A DNA stretch of 64,000 bases from an uncultured Acidobacteriota bacterium (GCA_963744315.1 CAVUTB010000018.1:74147-138146); one strand, 5' to 3'; shown: positions 19,262 to 35,536, counted from the stretch's first letter. Made by a program: numbers and translations. Notes: a model not told the origin generated them from the sequence alone.

Positions 19262-19291
19262 TTGACACCAAGCTCGAACGCCGACTAATCT
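19262..19291 (+). promoter_or_regulatory. sigma70-like promoter (TTGACA-N18-TAATCT) upstream of the receptor pseudogene
   Basis: Perfect -35 hexamer at 19262-19267, with GGAAGGAG before ATG 19363. Confidence 0.35.
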
Positions 19292-19362
19292 CGCAGCCAG
19301 GTTTCACGCGCGCAATCAACAGTTTGGAGACACCGGACGGGACGCCGGAAGGAGACCTCCTG

Positions 19363-22239
19363 ATGAAAACGACCCTTCGCGCTGCAAGCCTCGCCGGCCT
19401 GGTGCTCGCGCTCGCGGCGTCCGCTCACGCGCAGCGCACGACCGGCAGCATCGCGGGCACGGTCAAGGACACCACCGGCGCCGCGCTGCCGGGCGTCACG
19501 GTCTGGGTGAGCGGCCCGAACATCGTCGGCACGCAGACCGCGCGTGACCAACGAGCAGCGGCTATCTACCGCTTCGCTCAACCTGCCGCCCGGCGAGTAC
19601 CAGGTCGCGCTACACGCTGACGGGCTTCAAGAGCATCACCGGCGCGGCGTGCGCGTGAGCGTCGGCGGCACGCATCGAGGAGAACGCGACCCTCGAGGTG
19701 AGCCAGCTCGCGGAGAACGGTCGAGGTGGTGGGCGAAGCCCCGGTCGTGGACACCACCTCCAACGAGGTGGGCACCAACTACGACCGCGAGTGGGTCGAC
19801 AACGCGCCGCTGCGCCGCAACAGCTTCTTCGACCTGGTGGCGGCCGCGCCCGGCTCGCTCGCAGGGCGGCGACTCCAACAACACCTCGCGCACGATGGTC
19901 TACGGCTCCTCCTACGACGAGAACTCGTTCCAGGTGGACGGCGTCGACATCACGGACAACTTCTTCAACGAGGCGCTCGGCCGAGCCCAACACGGACGCG
20001 ATCGAGGAGGTCGAGATCCTCTCGCTGGGCGCGCCCGCCGAGTACGGCAACCTGACCGGGCGCCGTCTACAACATCGTGACCCGGCAGGGCACGAACGAG
20101 TTCCACGGCGACGTCGGCTTCTACTGCCAGCGCGACGGCCTGACCTCGCAACAACACGGAGGGCATCACGCAACCCCGACGGCAGCTTCCTGGACGCCTG
20201 CCCGGACGGCGACGGCCGCTGCCCCTGGACGCGCGACAAGTACACCGACTTCAGCGCCCAGCTCGGCGGGCCCGATCATCAAGGACAAGCTCTGGTTCTT
20301 CGCCTCCTACGCGAACCAGCGCGACTACTACTGGGACGTGGGCGTGGACAACACCAACGACGCTGACGGCGGTCCGCGGCCGCACCGATCGCTACTTCGG
20401 CAAGCTGAACTGGCAGATCAACCCCAAGCACAAGCTGGTCGGCACCTTCCACCTGGACGACAAGGACGGACGACTTCGGCCTGGCGGCCAACTCGGCGCC
20501 CGAGACGGCGGTCACGCGCTCCGCAGAAGACGCCCACGCCCGGCCTCGGCTACACGGGCGTCCTGTCCGACAGGACGGTCGTGGAGGTCCGCTACTCGGG
20601 CTTCTACGGCGACGTGAAGCAGCGGCCCACCGATCCCGGCCAGCCCCGCGACCTGAACCGCTACTACGACATCGACACCGGCTTCATCTCCGGCGGCCAC
20701 TACTACTGGTACGACCTCGGCCCCGAAGCGCACGACGGTCACCGCCAAGGTCTCGCACCTGGCGGACAATTTCCTCGGCGCGAGCCACGACTTCCGCTTC
20801 GGCGTCCAGTACAGCGACGCCTAGGCCGGCGGCGCTCGTCGGCTACAACGACCTGATCTACACCTACAGCCAGAGCTACTCCCGACTACGGCTACGGCAT
20901 CGCCTACACGCCCTTCAGCTACAGCGGCGACACCCGCGCCGTCGGCGTGTTCCTCGACGACACCGTGCGGGTGAACGACCGGCTGTCGCTCAACCTCGGC
21001 CTGCGCTACGACTACCAGAAGGCCTTCTCGGCCGAGCACGGACCAGCTGGACGAGAACGGCAACCCGACCGGCACCACGTTCCCGCAGACCGACTACTTC
21101 ACCTGGAACACCATCTCGCCGCGGCTCGGGCTTCAACTGGAAGCTGACCGGCGACGGCAAGACCGTCCTCAAGGGCCACTACGGCCGCTACTACCGCGCG
21201 GTCGCGACCGGCGAGTACGCCAACAAGATCGGCCCCAGCATCACGCCCATCTTCGTCGGGCCCCTACGACATCCCGAGCCGGACAGCTTCGGGGACCTCA
21301 CGCTGTCCCGCTCGAACGAGAACCTGGGCTGTCGACCCGGACTACGAGAGCCCGTACACGGACCAGTTCATCGCTGAGCCTGGAGCGCGAGCTGGCGCGG
21401 GGCCTGGGCGCCCAGCTCAACTACGTCAACAAGCGCGGGCGACGGTTCGCCGGCTGGCAGGACATCGCCGGCGAGTACACGCGGGTGCCCTACGTGGACG
21501 ACGACGCTCGCGGACGCCGACGGGGCGCACGCATCGAGCTCTTCCAGCTCGCAGAGCGACCCCGAGCAGCGGCAGTTCCGGATCACGAACCCGGACGATC
21601 ATGAACTCCGACATCAACGCGGTGAGCCTCGCGCTCTTCAAGCGCATGACGGACAAGTGGCAGATGACGGCCTCCGCGACCTGGATGCGCGCCGAGGGCA
21701 CGCTGCAGGAAGGCCAGGGCGGCGCGGGCGAGGCGGGCTCCGGGGTCGGCATCATCCAGCGCGGCGGGCTGCAGTTCCGCCAGTTCGGCCAGAACCCGAA
21801 CAGCCTACGTGAACGTGGACGGGCGGCTGAAGAGCGACGTCGAGTGGCAGTTCAAGGTCCAGGCCGTGCTACCAGCTGCCGGCCGGGTTCCTGGTCTCCG
21901 CGAACTTCACGCAACCGCGACGGCGCGCACCTCGTGCGGCGCACGCGCGCGCTGCGCGACTATCACGCACGTCCCCGAGAACACGCCGATCCTGCTCCAG
22001 CCGCGCGGCGAGAACGGGCGCCTGGAGGACGTCACGATCCTCGACATCCGGCTGCAGAAGGACTTCCGCCTGGGCGAGAAGGTGCGTCTGGCCCTGATCG
22101 GCGACGCCTTCAACCTGCTCAACAGCGACACCACCGAGGGTGTCATGACCTCGCTCGTGGAGTCCTAGTCGTACCTGTACCCGCTCTCGCCGGTGAACCC
22201 GCGCCGCTTCATGCTGGGGGCGAAGCTCAAGTTCTGACG
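19363..22239 (+). pseudogene. Oar-like TonB-dependent receptor with an N-terminal carboxypeptidase-regulatory-like domain. Heavily disrupted (about 20 frame changes and an in-frame TAG at 22166-22168).
   Basis: Signal peptide MKTTLRAASLAGLVLALAASAHA. CarboxypepD_reg-like TGSIAGTVKDTTGAALPGVTV. Receptor barrel fragments fall across all three frames and end ...GAKLKF. Confidence 0.7.
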
Positions 22240-22247
22240 CACTCCGG

Positions 22248-22277
22248 GGAACGCGCCCGTCGAGCGCGCGTTCCTCG
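22248..22277 (+). terminator. GC hairpin (GGAACGCGC-N8-GCGCGTTCC) after the receptor pseudogene, with no U-tract
   Basis: Perfect 9-bp inverted repeat. Confidence 0.3.
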
Positions 22278-22313
22278 GAGATCTGACGTCCCGCCAACCC
22301 AGAATCGACCCTG

Positions 22314-24616
22314 ATGCGCCGAGCCCTCCTCGCCGCCGTGGTCGTGCTGGCGCTGGCAACCGCTGCCGTTCTCGGGCTGCGCCGCTCGGGTGTGGCCCCG
22401 AGCTGGCTCGGCGGCGGAGCGCCCAACCTCCTCGTCGTGACGCTCGACACGATACGGGCCGACCACGTCGGCAGCTATGGTTACGCCGCCGCGCGCACGC
22501 CCCGGCTGGACGGGCTCGCTGCCCGCGGACTGCGCTTCGAGCGCGCGGCGACGGTCGTGCCGCTCACGCTGCCGGCCCACTCCTCGCTCTTCACCGGGAC
22601 CTTCCCGGCGCGCCACGGCGTGCGTGACAACGGCGGCTACTACCTGGCCGCCGAGCAGACGACGCTCGCCGAGGCGCTCTCGGCCCGCGGCTACCGGACG
22701 GGCGGGTTCGTGTCCGCCTTCGTGCTCGACTCGCGCTGGGGGATCGACCAGGGCTTCGCGCGCTACTTCGACGACTTCGACCTGAGCCGCTACGAGCAGC
22801 AGGCCGGCATGGACGCGATCCAGCGGCCCGGCAACGAGACGGTGGACGAGGCGCTGCGCTGGCTCGGGCAGGACCAGCGGCAGCCGTTCTTCCTCTGGGT
22901 CCACCTCTACGACCCGCACACGCCCTACGCCGCGCCGCGGGACTACGCGGCGCAGTTCCCGCGCACGCTCGCGGGCGCCTACGACGCCGAGATCGCGTAC
23001 GCCGACGCGCAGCTCGGACGCATCCTGGATGCGCTGGAGAGCGACGGCCGCCTCGGCCGCACGGTGATCGCCGTGCTCGGGGACCACGGCGAGATGCTGG
23101 GCGAGCACGGCGAGCTGACGCACGGCTTCTTCGTCTACGACGCCGCGGTGCGCATCCCGGCGGTGGTCGTCGCGCCGGGCCTCGCGCCTCGCGTCGTCAA
23201 GGACCAGGTGCGGATCGTGGACGTGATGCCGACGCTGCTCGAGCTGCTGAAGCTCCAGGTGCCGTCCTCGGTCCAGGGGACGAGCCTGCTGCCGCTCGCG
23301 CGCGGCGAGCGGCTCAACCTGCAGGCGCTCTCGGAGAGCTGGTTCCCGCGCTTCCACTACGGCTGGAGCGAGCTCGTCGCGATCCAGGACGAGCGCTTCA
23401 AGCTGATCCGCGCTCCGCGCTCCGAGCTCTACGACCTCGAGCGCGACCCTCCCGAGCTCGCGGACCTCGCCGCCTCCGACGCGCCGCGGGCCGAGACGAT
23501 GCAGCGGGCGCTCGAGCGGATGCTCGCCGCGGTGGGAGGCGCCGGCAAGCCGAAGCCGCCCGAGACCGTGGACTCCGAGACGGCCGAGCGGCTGCAGGCG
23601 CTCGGCTACGTCGGCGGCTCGGTGAGCGCGCGCCACCTCGAGGACCGGCCGCGTGGCGACCCGAAGGACAAGATCGAGCTCTACAACCTGCTGAAGCAGG
23701 CGAGCACCGCCTCGGCGGGCGGGCGCTACGACGAGGCGATCGCGAAGGCGCGCCAGGCCCTTGTTGCCGACCCCGAGATCCTCGAAGGGCACATGCTGCT
23801 CGGGAACTTCCTCGAGCGGGCCGAGCGCCACGACGAGGCGATCGCCGCCTACAAGAAGGCGCTCGCGCTCGACCCGGAGCACCAGGAGTCGCTCTTCCGG
23901 CTCGCGCTCGCGTACAAGGAGCAGGGGCGGCTGGCGGACGCCCGCACGGGTTTCGAGCGCGCGCGCACGCTCGACCCGCGGAACGGCCGCGTGCTGTGGC
24001 AGCTCGCCGACCTCGAGATGCGCGAGCGGCGCTTCGACGCGGCCGCCGTGATCCTGAAGGACGCGCTCGAGCGGGAGGTCGATCGCGAGCGCTTCCTGCT
24101 CAAGCTCGCGGAGTGCGAGCTGGAGCTGAAGCAGCTCGACGCGGCCGAGAAGGCGCTGCGCGAGGCGATCGCGAAGCAGCCCACGCTCGAGACCGCCCAC
24201 TTCAACCTCGGCCTGGTGCACGAGGAGCGCGGCCTTCACGAGCAGGCGATCGCCGAGTACGAGCAGGAGCTCGCCACCCACGCCGGCGCGTACCGGGCCG
24301 CCTTCAACCTCGCGCAGCTGCTGCAGCGGTCGGGCCGCACGCGCGAGGCGCTCGAGCGCTTCCGGCAGGTGGCGAGCCTCGCGCCCGAGTTCGCGATCGG
24401 CCGGCTGTACCTCGCGAAGGCGCTGCTCGACGGCTCGGACCTCGAGGGCGCGGCGCGCGAGGCGAAGGCGGGGCTCGCGCTCGGTCCCGAGCCGGCGCTC
24501 GCCCCGCTGGGCCACTACGTGCTCGCCGACGTCTACAACCGGCAGGGCCGCTCCGCAGAAGCGCGCGCGCAGCAGCAGGCGGGCGACCGGATCGCGCGGG
24601 GCTTGCAGACCCCCCG

Positions 24617-24620
<4 letters not shown>
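22314..24620 (+). CDS. Sulfatase (arylsulfatase family) with a C-terminal TPR-repeat region, intact
   Basis: Signal/transmembrane N-terminus. Sulfatase motifs LDTIRADHVGSYG and GDHGEMLGEHG. About 300 aa of TPR repeats. Confidence 0.85.
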
Positions 24621-30056
<5,436 letters not shown>

Positions 30057-30109
30057 GAAGGCTCCTCGGAGGATCGAAAGGAAGCTCTGCGAATTCATTC
30101 TAGACGGAA

Positions 30110-30170
30110 GGGGTCGGGTCTTGAATCAGCGCATCGCCGTCGCAAATGCGTCAATCCAAGACCTGACCCC
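30110..30170. repeat. REP/MITE-like nested palindromic element, copy 2
   Basis: GGGGTCGGGTCTTGAAT...ATCCAAGACCTGACCCC, about 90% identical to copy 1. Lies in the divergent region between fadB and the YkuK-like gene. Confidence 0.6.
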
Positions 30171-30186
30171 GCATTCTCCTTGACAG

Positions 30187-30215
30187 GGCCTCGTTCGCTG
30201 CCTACCTTCTGGAAG
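30187..30215 (+). promoter_or_regulatory. sigma70-like promoter TTGACA-N17-TACCTT
   Basis: cTTGACAgggcctcgttcgctgccTACCTTctgg, with a consensus -35. Confidence 0.4.
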
Positions 30216-30221
30216 CTGTGA

Positions 30222-30434
30222 GAAGGAACGTGCGCCTTTATCGAGCGAACGCGACGCGGGCCGCGAGCCCACACGCGCCACGGGTCTGGTCCGGGCCAAA
30301 GAGCCGGGACTTGAACCGCGTGTGTGAGCTCGGCGTGTCCGGCGGGGAGGGGACGTCACCCTAGGCCTGAAACGAGGCAGTCGTTCGCTTCGAGGCCTTC
30401 CGGGGTGACCCCCGGAAGGCCTTTTGCTTTCTGG
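30222..30434 (+). ncRNA. Candidate ~210-nt leader RNA (riboswitch, attenuator or small RNA) ending in a strong intrinsic terminator
   Basis: Bounded by the promoter above and a 12-bp perfect GC stem (GGCCTTCCGGGG-tgac-CCCCGGAAGGCC) plus TTTTGCTTTCT at 30394-30434. The terminator is 57 nt upstream of the ATG of the next gene. Confidence 0.4.
30394..30434 (+). terminator. Rho-independent terminator
   Basis: 12-bp perfect stem, 4-nt loop and U-rich tail. It is strand-specific: the opposite strand has no U-tract. Confidence 0.7.
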
Positions 30435-30490
30435 CCTCCGGGTGGGGAGGGTGCGTTCGGGACGGAATCGAGAGAGGATTGGGGAGCCGT

Positions 30491-30956
30491 GATGACCGAC
30501 CTGAAGCCGGGCTGGAAGACGCTGACGGGGACGCCGATCGGTGACGTCGTGGACTTCGTGCGCGAGCAGTCGCGCGACGGCCAGATCGTCCACCTCGGGA
30601 CCGACTCGCTCCAGCTCGCGCGCCACACGCGCTTCGTCACCGTCGTCGCGATCCTGACGCCGGGCCGCGGCGGCCGTGCGATCTGGACGCGCTCGACGAG
30701 CCCGCGGATCCGCTCGCTGCGGGAGCGGCTGCTGCGCGAGGTGTGGCTGTCGGTCGAGCTGGGTCTGCGGCTCGACTCGGTCATCCCGGGCGAGCTGCAC
30801 GTCCACATCGACGCCAACCCGATCGCGCGGCACCGCAGCAGCGCGTACGTGCAGGAATTGGTGGGCCTGGTCGTGAGCCAGGGGTTCCGGGCCGTCATCA
30901 AGCCCGAAGCCTGGGCGGCGAGCCGCGCCGCGGATCGTCTCGTCCGCGTCGCGTAA
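30491..30956 (+). CDS. YkuK/DUF458-like RNase-H-fold protein
   Basis: GGGGAG ribosome-binding site then ATG. QIVHLGTDSLQ...FVTVVAILTPGRGGRAIW...LRERLLREVWLSVELGLRL resembles the DUF458 pattern. Confidence 0.45.
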
Positions 30957-31102
30957 CCGCGTCCGTCCCCCACGAACGAAGCCGATAGGCTCCCGGGCCG
31001 GCGGCTCGCCTCGCCTCACTCCGTGATCGGCGAGGCGTGTTCCGCGCACGGGTTCTGACGAAGGGAGGGTGTCGGCACACCCATGGCCACGAGAAGTGGA
31101 AC

Positions 31103-31177
31103 GGGTAGCTAGCTCAGTGGGTAGAGCGCCGAGCGGATAACTCGGAGGTCGCAGGTTCGAATCCTGCGGTTTCGTCG
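31103..31177 (+). tRNA. tRNA-like sequence whose acceptor stem does not pair (degenerate tRNA, remnant or assembly error)
   Basis: Canonical D arm (GCTCAGTGGGTAGAGC) and T arm (GCAGG-TTCGAAT-CCTGC). Anticodon arm CCGAG-CGGATAA-CTCGG. The 5' acceptor GGGTAGC is not complementary to the 3' GGTTTCG. Confidence 0.35.
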
Positions 31178-31450
31178 TTGACGTAAGGCCGTACCGGTTC
31201 TCGGGAGCGGGCGTCCACTCGCCGGCCCGGGTCCCGCGCCCGTCGAGGGCGGGGCCCTGGCGAGCGCGGAAGACGTCCTGCGACGCGCGACGCAGCCGGT
31301 CCCGATGTCCCGCTGGTCCGCACGACGGTGGGACGGAAGGCCCGGACGCCCGCGGGTCCCACGTCCGAGGCGTGGCGGGAGGCCGTTCCGCCCCGAGGGC
31401 CGTCTTCGTGCGAGTCGTTCGAGTCTTCGAAATGAGAGGAGGTCGTCGTC

Positions 31451-32551
31451 ATGCTGCGCCGTTTCAAGGTCCGTGAGCACGAGCGAGGGCTCCTGTTCCG
31501 GGACCGTGTGTTCCAGGACGTGCTGGGGCCGGGGGTCCACTTCTTCCTCGACCCGCTCTTCAAGCTGGCGTGCGAGATCGTGCCGGTGCGTTCGCCGTGG
31601 CTGGTCCACGGCGACCTGGACGTGATCGTGCGCTCGGGAGCGCTGCGCCGCGAGGCGCAGGTGCTCGACCTGAAGTCCCACGAGCGGGCGATCGTCTGGG
31701 TCGACGGCCGACTCGAGGCCGTGCTGAAGCCGGGGCTCCACGCGCTGTGGACGGTGTTCCGCCACGTCAAGGTGGAGCTCGTCGACGCGCGCGGGGCGCT
31801 CTTCGAGCACGAGCAGCTCGCGACGATCCTCGGGCTGCCGGGCTCGGCGCTGCAGCTGGAGACCGTGACGGTCGAGCCGGGCCACGCCGGCCTGCTCTTC
31901 CGCAACGGCCGCCACGAGGCGACGCTCGGCCCGGGCCTGTACGCGCTCTGGAAGGGCGTCGCCCGCGCCAAGGTCGAGGTCGTCGAGCTGCGCGAGCAGA
32001 CGGCCGACGTCGCCGGGCAGGAGATCATGACCGCCGACAAGGTCACGCTGCGCCTCAACGCGGTCGTGACCTTCAAGGTGGCGGATCCGCTGCGCGTCGT
32101 CTCGGCCGCCCCGGACTACCGCCAGGCTCTCTACCGCGAGGCGCAGCTGGCGCTGCGCGCCGTCGTCGGGGCGCGCACGCTCGAGGCGCTGCTCGGAGAG
32201 AAGGAGGCGGTGGCCCGCGAGCTCGACGGCGCGCTGCGGACGCGCGCGGCCGAGCTCGGTGTCGTGGTCGTCTCGCTCGGGATCCGCGACGTGATCCTGC
32301 CGGGCGAGATGAAGGAGCTCATGAACCGCGTCATCGAGGCGCAGAAGGCGGCCGAGGCCGCGCTCGTCACGCGCCGCGAGGAGACGGCGGCCATGCGCTC
32401 GCAGGCGAACACGGCGCGGCTGTTCGAGCAGAACCCGACGCTCATGCGGCTGCGTGAGCTCGAGACGCTCGAGAAGGTGGCCGAGAAGGGCCGCCTGTCG
32501 GTCGTGGTCGGCGAGGGCGGCCTCGCCGGCCGGATCGTGAAGATGGTGTAG
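31451..32551 (+). CDS. SPFH/band-7 (stomatin/slipin-like) protein
   Basis: GAGGAGG ribosome-binding site. SPFH core (QEIMTADKVTLRLNAVVTFKV...RELDGALR...LGVVVVSLGIRDV) with a C-terminal coiled coil. Confidence 0.8.
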   Translation: MLRRFKVREHERGLLFRDRVFQDVLGPGVHFFLDPLFKLACEIVPVRSPWLVHGDLDVIVRSGALRREAQVLDLKSHERAIVWVDGRLEAVLKPGLHALWTVFRHVKVELVDARGALFEHEQLATILGLPGSALQLETVTVEPGHAGLLFRNGRHEATLGPGLYALWKGVARAKVEVVELREQTADVAGQEIMTADKVTLRLNAVVTFKVADPLRVVSAAPDYRQALYREAQLALRAVVGARTLEALLGEKEAVARELDGALRTRAAELGVVVVSLGIRDVILPGEMKELMNRVIEAQKAAEAALVTRREETAAMRSQANTARLFEQNPTLMRLRELETLEKVAEKGRLSVVVGEGGLAGRIVKMV

Positions 32552-32556
32552 CCGGT

Positions 32557-32590
32557 GGCCGGGGGCGCTCGCCGCCCCCGGCCGTTTTGG
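32557..32590 (+). terminator. Rho-independent terminator after the SPFH gene
   Basis: GGCCGGGGGCG-ctcgc-CGCCCCCGGCC followed by GTTTTGG. Confidence 0.55.
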
Positions 32591-32750
32591 AGCCCTCGCG
32601 CGTGGCCGAATTCACGACTCCACGCAAAGCGGGCTCGAGCCCCGCACGCAAAAGGCCGCCTTTGCAGTGACTTGCAGGCTCCAGCCGCGCGGCATGACTG
32701 TTGTATATCGATCCCGTCGGGAGGGCGCGATCAGCGCGTCAGTCTCGACA

Positions 32751-35536
32751 TGGGGAGCACGACACAGGAACGATGCGGTCGTGTACGGAACGCCGGATCC
32801 GTCCCGCTACTCCGGCCGAGCCGGGGACCCAGCCCGCCCTCGACTCCCAGGCCTTCCGTCGGGCTGACGGCCATCGCCGACGGCACCCGGATCGGAAAGT
32901 ACGAGGTCGTGAAGCTCCTCGGGCGGGGCGGCATGGGCGCCGTGTATCGGGCGTTCGATCCCGTGCTCGAGCGCGAGGTCGCGCTCAAGGTGATGCTGCC
33001 CGAGGCGGCGGGGGACCCGGAGCACAAGCAGCGCTTCGAGCGCGAGGCCCGCGCCGTCGCGCGCTTGAGCCACCCCGCCGTCGTGACCGTCTTCGACCTC
33101 GGGTACCACACCGACGGCTCGCCCTACATCGTGATGGAGCTGCTGCGGGGGCTCGACCTCTACGGGCGGCTCAAGCAGGAGCCGGCGCTCTCGCTCGCCG
33201 AGAAGACGTCGATCGTCGCCCAGGTGCTGGACGGCCTCGGCCACGCGCACAAGGCGGGGATCGTCCACCGCGACATCAAGCCGGCGAACGTGTTCCTGAC
33301 CGAGGACGGCTCGGCGCGGATCATGGACTTCGGCATCGCGTTCTGGACCTCCACGGGTGCGACGAGCCGGACCGTGCTCGGCACGGCCGGCTACATGTCG
33401 CCCGAGCAGGTCCACGGCGAGCGCGTGGACGGCCGCAGCGATCTCTTCAGCGTCGGCACGCTGCTCTGCGAGCTGGTGACCGGGCGGCGTCCGTTCGACG
33501 GTGAGACGCCGATGGCGACCTTCTACAAGATCGCCATGGGCCACTCCACGATCGAGATGCCGGCGGGCCCGGAGTACGCCGGCTTCCTGCCGATCCTGCA
33601 GCGTGCGCTCGCGACCAAGCTCGAGGAGCGCTACGCGACCGCGGCGGAGTTCGCGGCGGCGCTGCGCGCCAGCGCGATCAGCGGAGCCGCCGTGCCCCAG
33701 GTGGTGACCGCCAGCGACTCGGCGCCCAGCCGTCGCGCCGAAGGCGGCCAAGGCGGAGGCGGTACCCGAGGCCCCGCAGACGCCGGCCCCGCGTGCCGAT
33801 CCGAGCCAGCTGCTGAAGCTGCTGCGCGAGGCCTACGTGGGCGGCAAGTCGGGCCACCTCCACCTGGCGGTGGACGGCGGGCGCAAGAGCCTCCGCATCC
33901 GGCAGGGCCAGATCGTCCACGGCACGAGCGACACGGACGGGCGAGCACATGGGCGACGTGCTCGTGCGCTACGGCCTGCTGAGCCAGGCCGACCTCGAAC
34001 GGGCCGTGGCGATCGTGCTCAAGGAGCGCAAGCGTCTCGGCGTCGTGCTCGTCGAGCTCGGCCTGCTGGAGCGCGACCGCGTCGAGGAGGCGATCGGCCT
34101 CCACGCGCGCGAGATCCTGTTCAACGCGCTCGGCCGGCCGGGGCTCAGCTGCGTGTTCGAGGAGCTCTCGGACTCGTTGGTCGAGACCGACGCCGTCTGC
34201 CCGTACTCGACCGGGCAGCTGATCCTGGAGGCGACGCGCCGGATCCTCGACCCCGAGATGGTGCGGACGGTGCTGGGCGACCTCGGCCGCGTGCTGGTGC
34301 TCTCGTCCGACCCGGCGCTGCGGGCCCAGAAGATCACGCTCACGCCGGCGGACGGCTTCGTGCTCTCGCGCATCGACGGCAGCTCGAGCGCCCGCGACGT
34401 GATGGCGCTCGTTCCGCTGCCGTCGGACGACGTCGAGCGCAGCCTCTTCGGCCTGCTGTGCACGGGCATCGTGGACTATCGCCGGGAGACGACCTCGGCG
34501 GCCCGGGCCGCGGCGCGCCGCCGCAAGCCCGCGACGGATGCGGGGAGCACGCCGATGCCGGCCGCCGCCACGAGCGCCACGCCGACGCCGTCGCACGAGC
34601 GCCACGCCGACGCCTCGCAGGCGACACCTCCGCCCTTCACGCCCGCGCCCCCCGCGCCAACGCCGCGCCCGGAGCGCAACGTCGAGGAGCTGCGCGCGCT
34701 GATCCTGAGCCTGCACGACCGGCTGAGGCTCGATCACTTCGAGGTGCTCGGGCTCGAGCGCTCGGCGACGGAGGCCGAGATCCGCGAGACCTACGCCGGC
34801 TACGCGCGCATCCTCCACCCCGACGCGTGCCTCGATCCGGCCCTCGACGACCTTCGCGAGAAGCGCGAGGCCGTCTTCATCCGTCTGTCGGCGGCGCACG
34901 AGACGCTCCGCCACCCGGATTCGCGCGCGAGCTACGAGCGCGCCTTCGAGCCTTCGAAGCTGCGCTTCCCCAGACCCGCGCCGCCACGTCCGGAGCCGAA
35001 GCCGACGGTGCCGCCGCCACCGCAGCCGCCGCCTCCTCCGCCCGCTGCGGCCAGCCCGGCGCCCGTCCCGCAGCCGGCGCCGGCACCGGCGCCGGAGCCG
35101 GAGCGGCCCACCTTCGATCCGAGGCTCCTGCCGGAGTCCATCCTGGCCACGGCCGACGAGCTGTTCAGGCAGGCGGCCTACTGGGAGGCGATCCAACAGC
35201 TCGAGCCGATGATCCCGCGCGCGACCGGAGAAACGCGCGAGAGCGCGCAGCTGCTGCTGGCGCAGGCCTACCTCAAGAACCCGAAGTGGACGCGGCGCGC
35301 CGAAGGGGTGCTGCAGGCGCTGCTGGCGAAGAACCCCCGGCACGTGCCGGCCCACCTCCAGCTCGCGGAGATCTATCGCGCCTCGGGGCTCCTGTCGCGG
35401 GCTCGGGCTGCGTACGAGAAGGTGCTCGAGATCGAACCCGACCACGTGCCAGGCCAGCAAGGCGCTCGACTTCCTGGATTCGAAGGCGAAGGAGCCGCGG
35501 CAGTCGGGCCTGGCGTCGCTCTTCCGCCGCCGCTGA
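32751..35536 (+). CDS. Ser/Thr protein kinase with a C-terminal Ala/Pro linker, DUF4388-like domain, J-domain and Pro-rich TPR-like region. Frame changes lie near 33710, 33940 and 35455.
   Basis: Hanks kinase motifs GRGGMGAVYRA, HRDIKPANVFL, DFG and GTAGYMSPE in frame 2. Frame 3 continues PAVAPKAAKAEAVPEAP...LLKLLREAYVGGKSGHLHLAV. Frame 1 carries the J-domain (ILHPDA, HPD motif), a Pro-rich stretch and TPRs. True end ...LASLFRRR, TGA at 35534-35536. Start uncertain. Confidence 0.6.

Noticed and set aside
30324-30956. Extended N-terminus (from 30324) for the YkuK-like protein
   Set aside because: The extension would translate through the strong intrinsic terminator hairpin and is Arg/Pro-rich junk. 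A ribosome-binding site plus ATG at 30491 fits the conserved domain start.
31081-31450. An integrated mobile element or prophage boundary at the tRNA-like sequence
   Set aside because: No integrase, recombinase or phage gene lies within 5 kb on either side, and no direct repeat of the tRNA 3' end was found. The tRNA-like sequence is reported only as degenerate.
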